The notes beneath the pieces were generated by a model. The model worked only from the letters and a program-made list of their open reading frames with translations, did no database searches and had not been told where the DNA came from. DNA of 64,000 bases from an uncultured Gemmatimonadales bacterium. GTDB lineage: Bacteria > Gemmatimonadota > Gemmatimonadetes > Longimicrobiales > RSA9. Positions 9,164 through 21,053 of the stretch are shown here, in pieces (within the stretch, counting starts at the first letter, position 1; every line of letters begins with the position of its first letter). The stretch is taken from NCBI GenBank assembly GCA_963798085.1, contig CAWCRS010000009.1:160001-224000 (forward strand). Direction: 5' to 3'. A program made the position numbers and the translations under genes.

Positions 9164-10834
9164 TCAGTTCGTGCGAACTTTCCCGTTAGCAACCTGCTCG
9201 GCCAGCTTCATGGCATTGTAGGCATTCACAATGCCGCCCGTGGCGGAGAGCTTGCCGAACGGAACCTTCTCGCCGCTCCGCGAGCCGGGCAGCAGTGCCG
9301 GATGGTCGGCGAGATTCGTGGCTGACTCCATGATGACGCGCTTCACCTCGGCTGCCGTAAGCTGCGGATAATACGCCATGATGAGCGCAGCCAGCCCGCT
9401 CACCACGGGTGCGGCCATGCTGGTGCCGTCTTCCCGCTTGGTGGCATTGCCGGGGATGGTCGAGAGGATGTCGGCGCCGGGCGCGAACACGTCGACTTCG
9501 TCGTGGCCGTAGTTGGAGAACGAAGTGGCCAGAGTATCGCCGCCCTTCCAGGAAGAGGCGCCCACTTCGATCCAGCTGGCGGCGCGGCCGCCGGCACGCA
9601 GCATCGGGTTCGGGAAGTTCTGGTTCTTCGACAGGTCCTCGCCGTCGTTGCCGGCGGCGTGAACCAGCAGCACACCCTTCGCTTCGGCATACTTCACGGC
9701 CTCGTCCACCGCAGGCTTGTACGGCGACCACGCCTTGCCGAAGCTCATGTTGATGATCTGTGCGCCGTTGTCCGCCGCGTAGCGGATGGCATTGGCCACA
9801 TCCTTGTCGCGCTCATCGCCATCGGGCACGGTGCGCACCGACATGATGCGGACTGCCGGTGCAATGCCGTCAATGCCGGTGCCGTTGCCGCGGATGGCGC
9901 CAATGATGCCGGCCACGTGTGTGCCGTGCAGTGCATTCGGACCGGTGACATCATTGTTCCCGTAGTGCCGCTCGCCGGTATCGCCGTAGTTGTCGCCCAC
10001 AATGCTGCGTGGATCGAAGCCCGCATTCAGGCCGTAGTCGTTCTGCGTCTGGTACTCCTTCTTCGCTTCGGCAATGTCATCGGGCGTGATGCCGTTGGCC
10101 GCCAGCTGCTGGTAGATCATCTTCGCCTGCTGCACATTGGCGGCGCTCGGATGCAGCGCATTGACGCGCTCGAGCGTGATCGAGTCCGTGCCCAGCGCCT
10201 GGCGCAGCACGGGCAGTGCGCGATCCAGGGCGCCGCCGATCATGCTGATCTGCGCGAGCGTCTGCGAAACCTCCTGCTTCTTGTCGGCGTAACTGGCGTT
10301 GATGCTGTCGCAGGGAAGCTGCGTGGCGGCGGCGCCGCCCTTCTGACACTGCACGTAAAGCCGTGTTACCTCGAACGTGTCCCAGTTCACGTCCTGCCCA
10401 TCCTTGCCGCCAATGAAGTTCCAGCCGTGCACGTCATCAATGTAGCCGTTGCCGTCATCATCCTTGCCGTTGCCCGGGATCTCCTTCTCGTTCGTCCACA
10501 GGTTGGCCCTGAGATCGACGTGCGCCGTGTCCACGCCGCCATCGATCACCGCCACCACCACCGTGCGCTTCGGCTGCCTGCCCGCCAGCAGCTCCTTCTC
10601 CGCCCGCTCCGCGCCAATGCCGTACACGTGATCCGTCACCGGATCCAGCAACTGCCAGTTCGCGGCCGCCGCATGCGCGGCAGGCGCAGCCGGCGAGGGC
10701 GACGCCGCGGGCGGCGTGCGTGCCGGCTGCGCTGTCGTCTCGGGCTGCGGCTGCGGCGCCGGATTCTTCGGCCCCGCCGAGGCACAGGCGGCCAGCACGA
10801 ACGGGAGCAACGCGATCAGAGTGCGCTGGGTCAC
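9164..10834 (-). CDS. S8 family (subtilisin-like) serine peptidase, lipoprotein
   Basis: VAVIDGG, HGTHVAG, AAGN, GTSMAAP triad motifs; LAAC lipobox. Confidence 0.95.
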   Translation of the reverse strand: MTQRTLIALLPFVLAACASAGPKNPAPQPQPETTAQPARTPPAASPSPAAPAAHAAAANWQLLDPVTDHVYGIGAERAEKELLAGRQPKRTVVVAVIDGGVDTAHVDLRANLWTNEKEIPGNGKDDDGNGYIDDVHGWNFIGGKDGQDVNWDTFEVTRLYVQCQKGGAAATQLPCDSINASYADKKQEVSQTLAQISMIGGALDRALPVLRQALGTDSITLERVNALHPSAANVQQAKMIYQQLAANGITPDDIAEAKKEYQTQNDYGLNAGFDPRSIVGDNYGDTGERHYGNNDVTGPNALHGTHVAGIIGAIRGNGTGIDGIAPAVRIMSVRTVPDGDERDKDVANAIRYAADNGAQIINMSFGKAWSPYKPAVDEAVKYAEAKGVLLVHAAGNDGEDLSKNQNFPNPMLRAGGRAASWIEVGASSWKGGDTLATSFSNYGHDEVDVFAPGADILSTIPGNATKREDGTSMAAPVVSGLAALIMAYYPQLTAAEVKRVIMESATNLADHPALLPGSRSGEKVPFGKLSATGGIVNAYNAMKLAEQVANGKVRTN

Positions 10835-11018
10835 GTGAGTATTCCTGAAGGAGTGGCAGTCACACCGGATGCCCGCCGGTCTCTACGGCCGCACAGCCCG
10901 GCGACAGGGTCGCCGACATAGCGCAGCGTTTGCGTGCTTTCGACCGGCGTGCCCCCGAATCTCACCCCCGCGCCCCTCCCCGACAAGTCCCGCCCTTCTC
11001 CACTCCCCACACGCCGCT

Positions 11019-12491
11019 TCACCACTCATTCTTCTGTACCGCAGCGGACGCAGAGGCGGGGGGCCGCCCTCCCCGCCCTCTGCGGTGAAGAGCGTAAAGA
11101 GCGATGCCGAGAAGCTGAGTGAAGAGCAGGACGATGATGATCTTGACGGCGAAGACCTGCCAGCTGGCCACATTGATGATGGGGAACACGGACAGCACGC
11201 AGTAGAGTGCGCTCATGAAGAGGCCGGACAGGGATGCGGCGCGCAGCCAGAGCGGCGGTTTCTCGGACAGGCGGCGGGCTGCGAACACGGGAATGGCGAA
11301 CAGCGAGAGGTACGTAAACGCGTAGAGGATTCCGCCCGCGTTTTCGAGCAGCTGAAACGCTTCCTGCACGCCTACGCCCACCTGGCCGGCCAGCGAGAAA
11401 CCGAGTGTTATGATGCCGACGAACAGAATGGAGTTGATCGGTGTGCGGAAACGCGGGTGCAGCCGCGTGAACCAGGCGGGCAGCAGGCCGTCCCAGCCGG
11501 CCACCATGGGAAGGCGGGTGTTGCCTGCGAAAATGAGCGTTACCGTACCGATCTGGCGGAGCAGCAGCAGGAAGATGAGCACGGGCACAATGAGGCTGGC
11601 GAAGCCCATGCCCTGGAAGCCGATGGTCAGCGTCTGCGGGATCGGGCTGACCAGGTCGATCCTGTCGTAGGGCACGAGCGCGAGTGTGCTGCTCGTGCCC
11701 AGGATGAACATCAGCGCAATGGCGGGCACCGCAATGAGCACGGAGCCGCGAATCGTGCGGGAGGGGTTGCGCGTCTCGCCCGCCAGGATGGCGACATACT
11801 CGAAGCCCGAGAGCGCACCCAGCGCCATCTTGCCGAAGATGTTCAGGCTCAGCGGTGTGAACGCGGGCAGTGATGCCTTCAGCGGGTGGTACGAAGTCAG
11901 CACGCCGCGACGCAGTGCGATGAGTGGCACCAGGATGAGCGCCGTGAACGTCAGAATGTGCGCCACCGCGCCCACATTCTGCAGCCATTTGCTGACGCGC
12001 AGTCCCAGCACCGACACGATGGTGACGCCCACGATGGCCAGCGTGCTGACGAGGGGCGTGTACCACCACGTGCCGGTGAACGCTGCGCCTGCCGGCCCGA
12101 TCAGGTAGGACAGGTTGTTGGCCACGATCACCGCGAACGTCGCCATGATGATGATCGTATAGGCCCAGAGATTCCACGCAGTGAGGAAGCCGAGAAACTC
12201 GCCCAGTCCCTCGCGTGCCCACTGATAGAGCCCGCCCTCGAGCGGCATCAGGCGGTTCAGGTATATGACGACAGCGGCCTGGGGCAGGTAGTACAGCGAA
12301 ATCGCCAGCAGCCAGAAGACGATGTGCGAAGGGCCCAGCTTGGCGGCCGTGCCCACCCAGCCCGAGCCCACCACGTAGAGGATCTGCGTCAGCGCCAGAT
12401 CCGTGAGACCCAGCTCCTTGCGGAAGCCGGCGCTCTTCGCCTGGACTTCCTCAATGCGATCCGCGGTGTGCTCCCGCGCGCTCTCGCTCAC
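11019..12491 (-). CDS. APC family amino acid permease
   Basis: VVGSGW, PLEGGLYQW, GFEYVAILAGE, LHPRFRTP; many TM helices. Confidence 0.9.
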   Translation of the reverse strand: MSESAREHTADRIEEVQAKSAGFRKELGLTDLALTQILYVVGSGWVGTAAKLGPSHIVFWLLAISLYYLPQAAVVIYLNRLMPLEGGLYQWAREGLGEFLGFLTAWNLWAYTIIIMATFAVIVANNLSYLIGPAGAAFTGTWWYTPLVSTLAIVGVTIVSVLGLRVSKWLQNVGAVAHILTFTALILVPLIALRRGVLTSYHPLKASLPAFTPLSLNIFGKMALGALSGFEYVAILAGETRNPSRTIRGSVLIAVPAIALMFILGTSSTLALVPYDRIDLVSPIPQTLTIGFQGMGFASLIVPVLIFLLLLRQIGTVTLIFAGNTRLPMVAGWDGLLPAWFTRLHPRFRTPINSILFVGIITLGFSLAGQVGVGVQEAFQLLENAGGILYAFTYLSLFAIPVFAARRLSEKPPLWLRAASLSGLFMSALYCVLSVFPIINVASWQVFAVKIIIVLLFTQLLGIALYALHRRGRGGRPPASASAAVQKNEW

Positions 12492-12600
12492 AGCGTGTTA
12501 CCACGGGCCGGAGCAGGGGCGGGCCCGCCCACGACCACGGCCCGCGGTGCCGCGAACACGGCTGTCAGCAGAGCGGCGCACGCCGGGCTGTCGCTGGCCA

Positions 12601-13899
12601 TCACTCCGCGAGGCGGATGCCGCTGGTGTCGGGGAACGCGAGAATGAGCAGCGCGCCCGCCAGAAAGAATGCCGACGTCAAGCCCAGTGCCGAGCCGATG
12701 CCGACGTGCGGAATGGTGGCGAGTACGCCGATGGTGAAAGGCGCGAGCGCGCCGGCGGCACGGCCGCCATTGTAAGTGAGGCCCTGCCCGGTGGCCCTCG
12801 CCGCGGTGGGAAACAACTCGGCCAGGAACGCGCCGAACAGGCTGAAGTAGCCGTGTCCCACGAAGCCCAGCACCGGCCCCAGCACCATCAGGATGATCGG
12901 ATTCCTCGCCATCTGACCGTAGATGGGCACGAGGATCGCCGCTGTAGTCAGAAACAGAATGAAGGTGAGCCTTCGGCCGATGCGATCCGCGATGAAGCCG
13001 AAGGACAGATAACCGAAATACGCGCCAATCTGCATCGGGATGATGAAGCCGATCGACTTCACCACGCTCATGCCGGCGCCGCCCTGCTCGAGGGGCCTGG
13101 CCAGGAACGACGGCAGCCAGAAGAAGAGGCCCCAGTAACCGAACTGCACACACGTGGTCAGCAATGTCGCCAGCACAGTCGTGCGCCAGAGCGAGCGACT
13201 GAACAGCACGGCGAAGGGATTGGCGCGCGCTTCCGCCTGCGCATCACGGCGGCGCCAGAGCACGGGCTCGGGCACTTTGCGCCGCACCCAGAACACGGCC
13301 AGTGCAGGCAGCGTGCCGGACAGGAACAGCCAGCGCCACGCATTCGGCCCGAGGTGCAGTGTGTCGAGGATCAGCGCCGAGAGCAGGGCCGCGAGTATGT
13401 AACCCAGCGCCCAGCCGGATTGCATGATGCTGATGGCCTTCGTGCGATGCTCGGGCGGCCACGTCTCACTCACCAGCACCGCGCCCGATGTCCACTCCCC
13501 GCCCATGCCCAGGCCCAGCAGCGAGCGCCACAGCATCAGCTGCAGCAGACTCTGCGATGTCGCGGCGCCGGCGGAGCAGAAGGAGAAGATCAGGATCGTC
13601 GCCATGAGTGCGCGTGTGCGCCCCACGCGATCCGCCACCACACCGAACAGCAGGCCGCCTGTCGCTGATGTCAGCAGTGTTACCGTGCCCAGCAGACCCG
13701 CGGCCGCATCGTCGAAACCGAAATACGTCTTGAGTCGCCCGATCGCCATCACATAGATCAGGAAATCCATGGCATCGAGCATCCAGCCGAGCTTGGCGGC
13801 GATCAGCGTTCGCCATTGCTCGCGCGTGATCGTGCGATACCACGGAACAGCAAGGGCCGGGGCGGCGGAGTGCAGCGTCGAAGGTGGCGCTTCGCTCAT
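12601..13899 (-). CDS. MFS transporter
   Basis: LGWMLDAMD, ADRVGR, GLGMGGEW, ELFPTAARATG. Confidence 0.92.
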   Translation of the reverse strand: MSEAPPSTLHSAAPALAVPWYRTITREQWRTLIAAKLGWMLDAMDFLIYVMAIGRLKTYFGFDDAAAGLLGTVTLLTSATGGLLFGVVADRVGRTRALMATILIFSFCSAGAATSQSLLQLMLWRSLLGLGMGGEWTSGAVLVSETWPPEHRTKAISIMQSGWALGYILAALLSALILDTLHLGPNAWRWLFLSGTLPALAVFWVRRKVPEPVLWRRRDAQAEARANPFAVLFSRSLWRTTVLATLLTTCVQFGYWGLFFWLPSFLARPLEQGGAGMSVVKSIGFIIPMQIGAYFGYLSFGFIADRIGRRLTFILFLTTAAILVPIYGQMARNPIILMVLGPVLGFVGHGYFSLFGAFLAELFPTAARATGQGLTYNGGRAAGALAPFTIGVLATIPHVGIGSALGLTSAFFLAGALLILAFPDTSGIRLAE

Positions 13900-14058
13900 G
13901 ATTGCAGTCTCCTGCCGCGCGGGAGCAGGCACCGGGCGGGGCGATGTCGGTGGTTACCGGCTGCCTAACCTGCGCGCCGGCCCGCAATGGGGCAAGACGA
14001 GAGCGACGCTGGTCCAGCTTCGCTCAGCGCACGCAACGCGCTGGAGCACAGCAGCGGA

Positions 14059-15525
14059 TTACACGGATTGCAGGCGACGATTCTCGATCCAGCTCTGCAC
14101 CGCGGCCGCGGCCCGTGTGGCCGAGCCGATGGTGTCGGGAATGCCGACACCATGATACGAGCTGCCGGCCAGGAACAGGCCCGGCAGCGCCGCAGCCTGC
14201 TGCTCCACGGCCGCCACGCGCTCGAGATGTCCGGGCGAGTACTGTGGCATCGCGTGCGGAAAGCGATACAGCCGGTGCCAGCGCGGTGAGGAGCCGATGC
14301 CGCTCGCCGCACGCAGCTCGGCCCGCACGAGCCGCAACGCATCCGGCTCGGCAATGTCTGCCACGCCATCGCCGGAGAGAAAGGCGCGCATGAGGAACGC
14401 TTCTGCTGGCGCGCGGTCCGCGAACTTCTGCGATGTCCATGTGCAGGCGGTCACGCGCACGCCCTCGCCGCGCCCGTTGAGATAGCCGTGACCCGGCGGC
14501 AATGCGCGCAGCGCGTCGCGATCGAATGCCAGGTGCAGCACGGCCGCCGAGCCGAATTGCACTCCCGCCAGCAACGCCGCAAGCCCGGGCGCAACGTCGC
14601 GCAGCATGCCGGCCGCGGTGTGCGCAGGCAATGCCAGCACGACGGCATCAGCGCAGATCGTGGCGCCGCGTATCGTGCGCGCATACCAGCCATCGTCCGC
14701 GAGGTCGAGCGACTGCACGGCCTCGCCGGCGCGCACGTCGCAGTCCGTCAGGGCCGCGCTCAGCGCATCAATGAGGCGGCCCATGCCGCCGCGCAGTGTG
14801 AGGAACGCGCCCAGCGGATGCGCTGTCGCGGCGCCGCCCCGGTTGCGGGCGAGACGCAGGCCGCGCAGTACGCTGCCCGCGCGCTGCTCTGCTTCCACGA
14901 GCGCGGGAAACGTCGCGCGGATGCTGAGGTTCTCGCCGCTGCCGCCGTGAATCCCGCCCAGCAGCGGCTCGATCAGCCACTCGCTGGCTTCGCGGCCGAA
15001 GCGGCGCCGGGCGAACGCCGCCACACTCTCATCACCGGTCGGCGCGCCCCGCGGCAGCACCAGGTCCAGCGCGGCGCGCAGCCGGCCCGGCCAGGAGAGC
15101 ACGCGTGCCCCTAACCACGCGTCAGGACTGGCCGGCACCACGCCACTCATGCCCTCGGGCAGCGGAAACAGCTTGTTATCGCGCCGGATGCAGCTGCGCC
15201 GCCGGGCCGGCTGTGTGCCCTGCAGCGCGGCCTCGAGCCCCAGCCGGCGCAGCAGCGGCAGGATGTGCGGGCGCGTGCCCAGGAAGCTGTCCGCGCCGGC
15301 ATCGACGACGAAGCCATCGAAGCGTTCGGTGACAATGCGCCCGCCCAGGCGGGTGTCCGCCTCGGCGATGACCACACGCGGCTGATCGGCAGATGAGGCC
15401 GCGGCGTGACGCAGCGGTGGTGAGGCCGTGTCGTCGCCTGCATCATGCCCGTGCAGCAGCCGATACGCAGCGGTCAGGCCGGCCAGGCCGCCGCCCACCA
15501 CGAGCACACGCGGCGCTTCGCTCAC
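14059..15525 (-). CDS. hemY: HemY-type protoporphyrinogen/coproporphyrinogen III oxidase
   Basis: VVGGGLAGLTAAY FAD motif, RLGG, GADSF, PQY.PGH, GVGIPD. Confidence 0.92.
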   Translation of the reverse strand: MSEAPRVLVVGGGLAGLTAAYRLLHGHDAGDDTASPPLRHAAASSADQPRVVIAEADTRLGGRIVTERFDGFVVDAGADSFLGTRPHILPLLRRLGLEAALQGTQPARRRSCIRRDNKLFPLPEGMSGVVPASPDAWLGARVLSWPGRLRAALDLVLPRGAPTGDESVAAFARRRFGREASEWLIEPLLGGIHGGSGENLSIRATFPALVEAEQRAGSVLRGLRLARNRGGAATAHPLGAFLTLRGGMGRLIDALSAALTDCDVRAGEAVQSLDLADDGWYARTIRGATICADAVVLALPAHTAAGMLRDVAPGLAALLAGVQFGSAAVLHLAFDRDALRALPPGHGYLNGRGEGVRVTACTWTSQKFADRAPAEAFLMRAFLSGDGVADIAEPDALRLVRAELRAASGIGSSPRWHRLYRFPHAMPQYSPGHLERVAAVEQQAAALPGLFLAGSSYHGVGIPDTIGSATRAAAAVQSWIENRRLQSV

Positions 15526-16436
15526 AGCCAGCCCGCGTTCTGCATTTCCTCGTGCACCAGTCGCGCCAGGCCGCGCATCATGCGCGCATCATCGTTCATC
15601 ATCGCGATGCGCTCGAGCTGCATGCCCAGCGCCGCGGCCTGCTCGCGGTACTCGATGTCGATGTCGAACAGGATCTCGACGTGCTCGGAGGTGAAGCCGA
15701 TGGGCACGAGCAGCACGGCGTTCCCGCCGGCCGCCGCGAGCTGGTCGATGATTGCGCCCGCATCCGGGCCCAGCCACGGCTCGGGCGTCATTGCGGCCGA
15801 CTGGTAGGCGAAATGGCAGGCGTGTCCGGGGAAGCGCGCGCGCACGGCCTCGAACGTGGCGCGCAGCTGGTCCGCGTAGGGATCGTCCTCCGCGAGGATG
15901 CGCTGCGGCAGGCTGTGCGCCGTGAAGACGAGCGGCACGCGATTGCGCAGATCGGCGGGGAAGCGCTGCAGCGCATCGAACACGCGCGCCTGCACAGTCT
16001 CGATATATTCGGGCAGCAGATGCCACGACTCGATCATGCGCAGATCCACGGTGGTGCCAGCCGCTCTCGCCTTGCGCTCGTAGGCGCCAATGCTCATGCG
16101 CGAGAAGTGCGGCGCCATCACCAGGCCAATGGCGCGTTCCACGCCATCCGCTTCCATGCCGTGCAGCGTGTCCCCGATGTAGGGACGCCAGTGGCGCATG
16201 CCAATGTACACGCGCGCCGGCACCGCCAGTTCGCCCAGTGCCCGTTCGAGCGCGGCGGCCTGCGCGCGCGTGCGCTCGAGGATGGGCGAGCGCCCGCCAA
16301 TGCGCGCGTAGCGCTCGCGCATTTCCTCGATCACGGCGGGCGGCGTCGGGCGGTGATTGCGAACATCCATGATATACGGCTCGACATCCTCGAGGCAGTC
16401 CGGCCCGCCGTACGCCATGACCAGCACACCGATCAT
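15522..16436 (-). CDS. hemH: Ferrochelatase (coproporphyrin/CpfC-like)
   Basis: VLVMAYGGP, APHFS, FTAHSLP, QSA..TPEPWLGPD, GFTSEHVEILFDID. Confidence 0.93.
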   Translation of the reverse strand: MIGVLVMAYGGPDCLEDVEPYIMDVRNHRPTPPAVIEEMRERYARIGGRSPILERTRAQAAALERALGELAVPARVYIGMRHWRPYIGDTLHGMEADGVERAIGLVMAPHFSRMSIGAYERKARAAGTTVDLRMIESWHLLPEYIETVQARVFDALQRFPADLRNRVPLVFTAHSLPQRILAEDDPYADQLRATFEAVRARFPGHACHFAYQSAAMTPEPWLGPDAGAIIDQLAAAGGNAVLLVPIGFTSEHVEILFDIDIEYREQAAALGMQLERIAMMNDDARMMRGLARLVHEEMQNAGWL

Positions 16437-17577
16437 GCGTCGTCCTGCACGCCGGAGGACTCGTAGTGCCGCACCGTGTCGACCAGCGCCTGCACGTTCT
16501 CCAGCGGCGTTTCCGGCAGCAGGCCATGTCCGAGATTGAAGATGTGGCCGGGCCGGCCGGCGGCCTGCGGCCAGAATCGCCCGCACCCGCGCTCCACCTC
16601 GCCGCGCGGCGCGAACAGCGCGGCCGGGTCGAGATTGCCCTGCACGCCGCGGTCGTCGCCCGACGCGGCGCCAGCCTCGGCAAGCGGGACGCGCCAGTCC
16701 AGGCCGATCACAGCGCCGCCCGCCTCGCGCATCAGCGCAGCAGGCCGCCCGCGCCCACGCCGAAGTGGATGGCCGGCACGCCCGTCGCCCGCACGGCATC
16801 GAAGACGCGTGCGGAGTGCGCGAGCACGTAATCGCGATAATCATCGGGTCCGAGCCAGCCCACCCAGCTGTCGAACAGCTGGACCACGTCTCGCGCCCGC
16901 CCGCACCTGCGCCACCAGATAATCCGCTGTTACCGTGGCGAGCTTCTCGAGCAGCACGTGCAAAACCGCGGGCTCGCGATAGAGCAGTGACTTGGTGCGC
17001 AGGAACTGCCGCGACGTGCCGCCCTCGATGAGGTAACTCGCCAGCGTGAAGGGCGCGCCGGCAAAGCCGATCAGCGCCAGTTCGGGCGGCAGGCTGGCGC
17101 GCACTGGCGCAACGCCTCCAGGGTTGGTGCCAGTGCGCTCTCGATATCGACGGGCCGGAGCGCGCCACATCGCGCGCACAGCTGATGGGGTTGCGGATCA
17201 CCGGTCCCTCGCCGTCGCCGAAACTCCACCTCGACGCCCATGGGCACGAGCGGCAGCAGGATGTCGGCGAACATGATGGCGGCATCCAGGCCCGAAGCGG
17301 CGCACTGGCTGGAGCTGACCTCAGTCGCCAGCTCGGGCAGCGCGCAGATCTCGAGCAGCGAATGACGGGCGCGCATGTCGCGGTATTCCGGCAGGTAGCG
17401 GCCCGCCTGTCGCATGAGCCATACCGGCGTACGCGGCAGCGCGCGCAGCCGGCAGGCATCCACCAGCAGCGGCGTCGCGGGCACTGGCATGACGGTATCG
17501 TCCATCGATACAGCCCCGCCGTTCGCCGCCAGCGGCATGCGACCGGCGCCATTGCGTTCCGGCGCGCTGTCGCTCAC
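16433..17577 (-). CDS. hemE: Uroporphyrinogen decarboxylase (several frameshifts; start approximate)
   Basis: [59 protein letters not shown] spread over several frames. Confidence 0.88.
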
Positions 17578-18279
17578 GGCCAGAGCGTTTCGATCCGCAG
17601 GATTGCGCAGAATGGCGGTGTGCACGGGCGTGTCTCCCTTCGTGTAGTGGCGGGCTTCGTTCAGCGCAGATCGTTGACCAGATCGAGAACTGCGCCAGAT
17701 CGTCCGTCTCGTACACCACCACGAACTCCTGATCTTGCAGTCCGAATCGAGTAGAGCAGCAGCTGGCTGATCTCGCGATACTGCTTGCCGATGCGGATGT
17801 GCTCGTTCATCATGCCCTGGCGCGCGTCCCGGCTCATCAGGTACCAGTCGTCGGTCTTAACGAACGGGTACATCACCAGATACGGCTGTCGCGCGCTTCG
17901 GAAAAGGGATCGATCTCCTGGCGCGAGCGCGTCTTGGTGTACTGCGAGGGCCGCGTGTAAGCCCCAGAGCACGTCGCGCCGGTGCGCAGGTAGCGGCCGG
18001 AACGGGCGGTAACGCGCGACCATAGGCATTCGAAGAAGCGAGGCGTGGCCTGCAGGTCGCCACCGGCCAGCGCGCTCCAACGACCAGGATATCGCTCCTC
18101 TCCGCCGGGAAGCTGGTAAGGTGCACGCCGCGGCCGCCGGCGCGCAGGCCGTCCAGCCCACGGTGCGGCGCAGATCGGCGCGCGCCGCCGGCGACGAGGC
18201 CCAATAAGCTTCCGTCAAGGCGTGAGCGCGAAATGATTGAGCGAGCGCGTGCCGGCGACGACCGTTTCTGCCGGCTCGG

Positions 18280-18298
<19 letters not shown>
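17574..18298 (-). CDS. hemQ: Coproheme decarboxylase (HemQ/ChdC, chlorite dismutase family); frameshifted, ends approximate
   Basis: [45 protein letters not shown] and VVYETDDL; lies inside the heme operon. Confidence 0.8.
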
Positions 18299-19332
<1,034 letters not shown>

Positions 19333-19336
<4 letters not shown>

Positions 19337-20133
19337 GATCGGGCCTCCTGCGCCATCGCATCCGCGGCGTGCGCGAGCATGGCGCGCACCAGTCCCGCGG
19401 TGGTGTGTTCAGCAGCCTCGACGTGTACGGCGAGGTCCGCCGCGCGCGCGGCGGCGCTGGTAACCGGGCCAATGCTGGCAATGCGCGCGTCCGCCATCGC
19501 GACGCGCCACGCATCACCCAGCACACGCTGCAGCCCGCGCACGGTCGATGGGCTCGTGAAGGTGATCCAGTCGACACCATCGTGCAGCAGGCCAGCGGCG
19601 GCGCGGGCATCAATGGCGCGTTCCACAGTCCGGTAGGCAGCGACCTCGTCGACATGCGCGCCCTGCGCGCGCAGCCGGCGGGGCAGCGCATCACCGGCAA
19701 TGTCCGCACGCAGCAGCAGGAACCGCAGACCGCGCACGCGGCCCACCGCATCGGCAATGCGCTCGGCCAGATACTCGGTGGGCACAGCCGCGGGCTGCAC
19801 GTGCCACGCGTCGAGCGCCTGCGTCGTAGCCGGGCCGATGGCCGCCACACGCACGGATCCAAACAGCGCATTCGCACGTCCGTCATGCAGTCCCAGCGCT
19901 TGCGCCCTCGACATGACGCTGCGCACGCCGTTCGCGCTGGTGAACACGACCCAGTCGTACGCGGCAAGGGCCGCGAGCGACTGGTCCAGCGCACGCCACG
20001 ACAGGGGCGGGGCGATGTCGATGACCGGCAGCCGAACCGGCTCGGCGCCGGCGGCGCTGAGCAGCGCGCACAGCTCGCCGGCCTGCGATTCCGGCCGCGT
20101 GACCAGCACGCGAAGCCCGCGCAGATCGCTCAT
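19333..20133 (-). CDS. hemD: Uroporphyrinogen-III synthase
   Basis: VLVTRP, WVVFTSANGV, AIGPAT, FTSPSTV, SIGPVT. Confidence 0.92.
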
Positions 20134-21053
20134 GGCAGCAGCGCCGCCGCGCCTTCGCGCAGCGCCTCCGTCGCAAGGCGCCGGCCCAGCGCTTCCGCCT
20201 CAGCGACCGCACCACGGCCGTGCACACGCACGCGTACGCTGCCATCCACCGCCGTGACTTCGCCACGCAGCAGGATGATACCGTCCTGCGCGCTGGCGTG
20301 AGCCGCGACCGGCAGCGAGCAGCCACCGCCCAGTCCAGCGAGGAAGGCGCGCTCGGCGGCGGTACAGGCGCGGGTGAGCGGTTCGTCAATGGCGAGCAGC
20401 TGGCCACGCACGGCATCGTCGTCCGCACGGCACTGCACGGCCAGCGCCCCCTGGCCGGGCGCGGGCAACACGAGTGCCGCGTCTAACAGCTCTGTTATGC
20501 GGGCGGCCAGACCGAGGCGCATCAGGCCGGCAGCCGCGAGAATGGTGGCATCGTACTCGCCGGCATCCACGCGGGCCACCCGCGTTTCGACATTGCCGCG
20601 GATCGAGCGGGTGACGAGATCGGGCCGCAGCGCGCGCAGCTGGGCGCTCCGCCGCGTACTCGATGTGCCCACGATCGCGCCGCCGGGCAAGGCAGCGAGC
20701 GGCGTGCCCGTGCGCGCCACCAGCGCATCACGGGCATCGGCGCGCAGGCACACGGCCGCGATGACGAGATCCTGCGGCGCCTCGACAGGCAGATCCTTGA
20801 GCGAGTGCACCGCGGCATTGATCTCACCGGCACGCAGCGCGTGTTCCAGCGCTTCGGTGAATACGCCTTTGCCGCCGATCGCGGGCAATGGGGAATGACG
20901 ATCCTGATCACCGCGCGTGTGGAAGGTGCGTTCTTCGGTGCGGCAGCCGGCTGCAGTTGCGAGGCGGGCGGCGACCAGCCGCGTCTGGGCCAGAGCCAGA
21001 GAGGAAGCGCGCGTTCCCAGCCGCAGCAGCTGCGTGGCCGGGAGCGCCGTCAT
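20130..21053 (-). CDS. hemC: Hydroxymethylbilane synthase
   Basis: GTRASSLALAQ, GGKGVFT, AVHSLKD, GTSSTRR, RGNVETR, LGGGCSLP. Confidence 0.95.
   Translation of the reverse strand: MTALPATQLLRLGTRASSLALAQTRLVAARLATAAGCRTEERTFHTRGDQDRHSPLPAIGGKGVFTEALEHALRAGEINAAVHSLKDLPVEAPQDLVIAAVCLRADARDALVARTGTPLAALPGGAIVGTSSTRRSAQLRALRPDLVTRSIRGNVETRVARVDAGEYDATILAAAGLMRLGLAARITELLDAALVLPAPGQGALAVQCRADDDAVRGQLLAIDEPLTRACTAAERAFLAGLGGGCSLPVAAHASAQDGIILLRGEVTAVDGSVRVRVHGRGAVAEAEALGRRLATEALREGAAALLP

Noticed and set aside
15522..17552. Apparent 676-aa HemE-HemH fusion
   Set aside because: HemE motifs are scattered across frames; HemE ends at 16433 overlapping the HemH ATG at 16436
17071..17625. HemQ C-terminus reading in frame into HemE (possible fusion)
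   Set aside because: Lies in the indel hotspot; a GTGA at 17574-17577 gives a natural stop/start overlap if one base is removed
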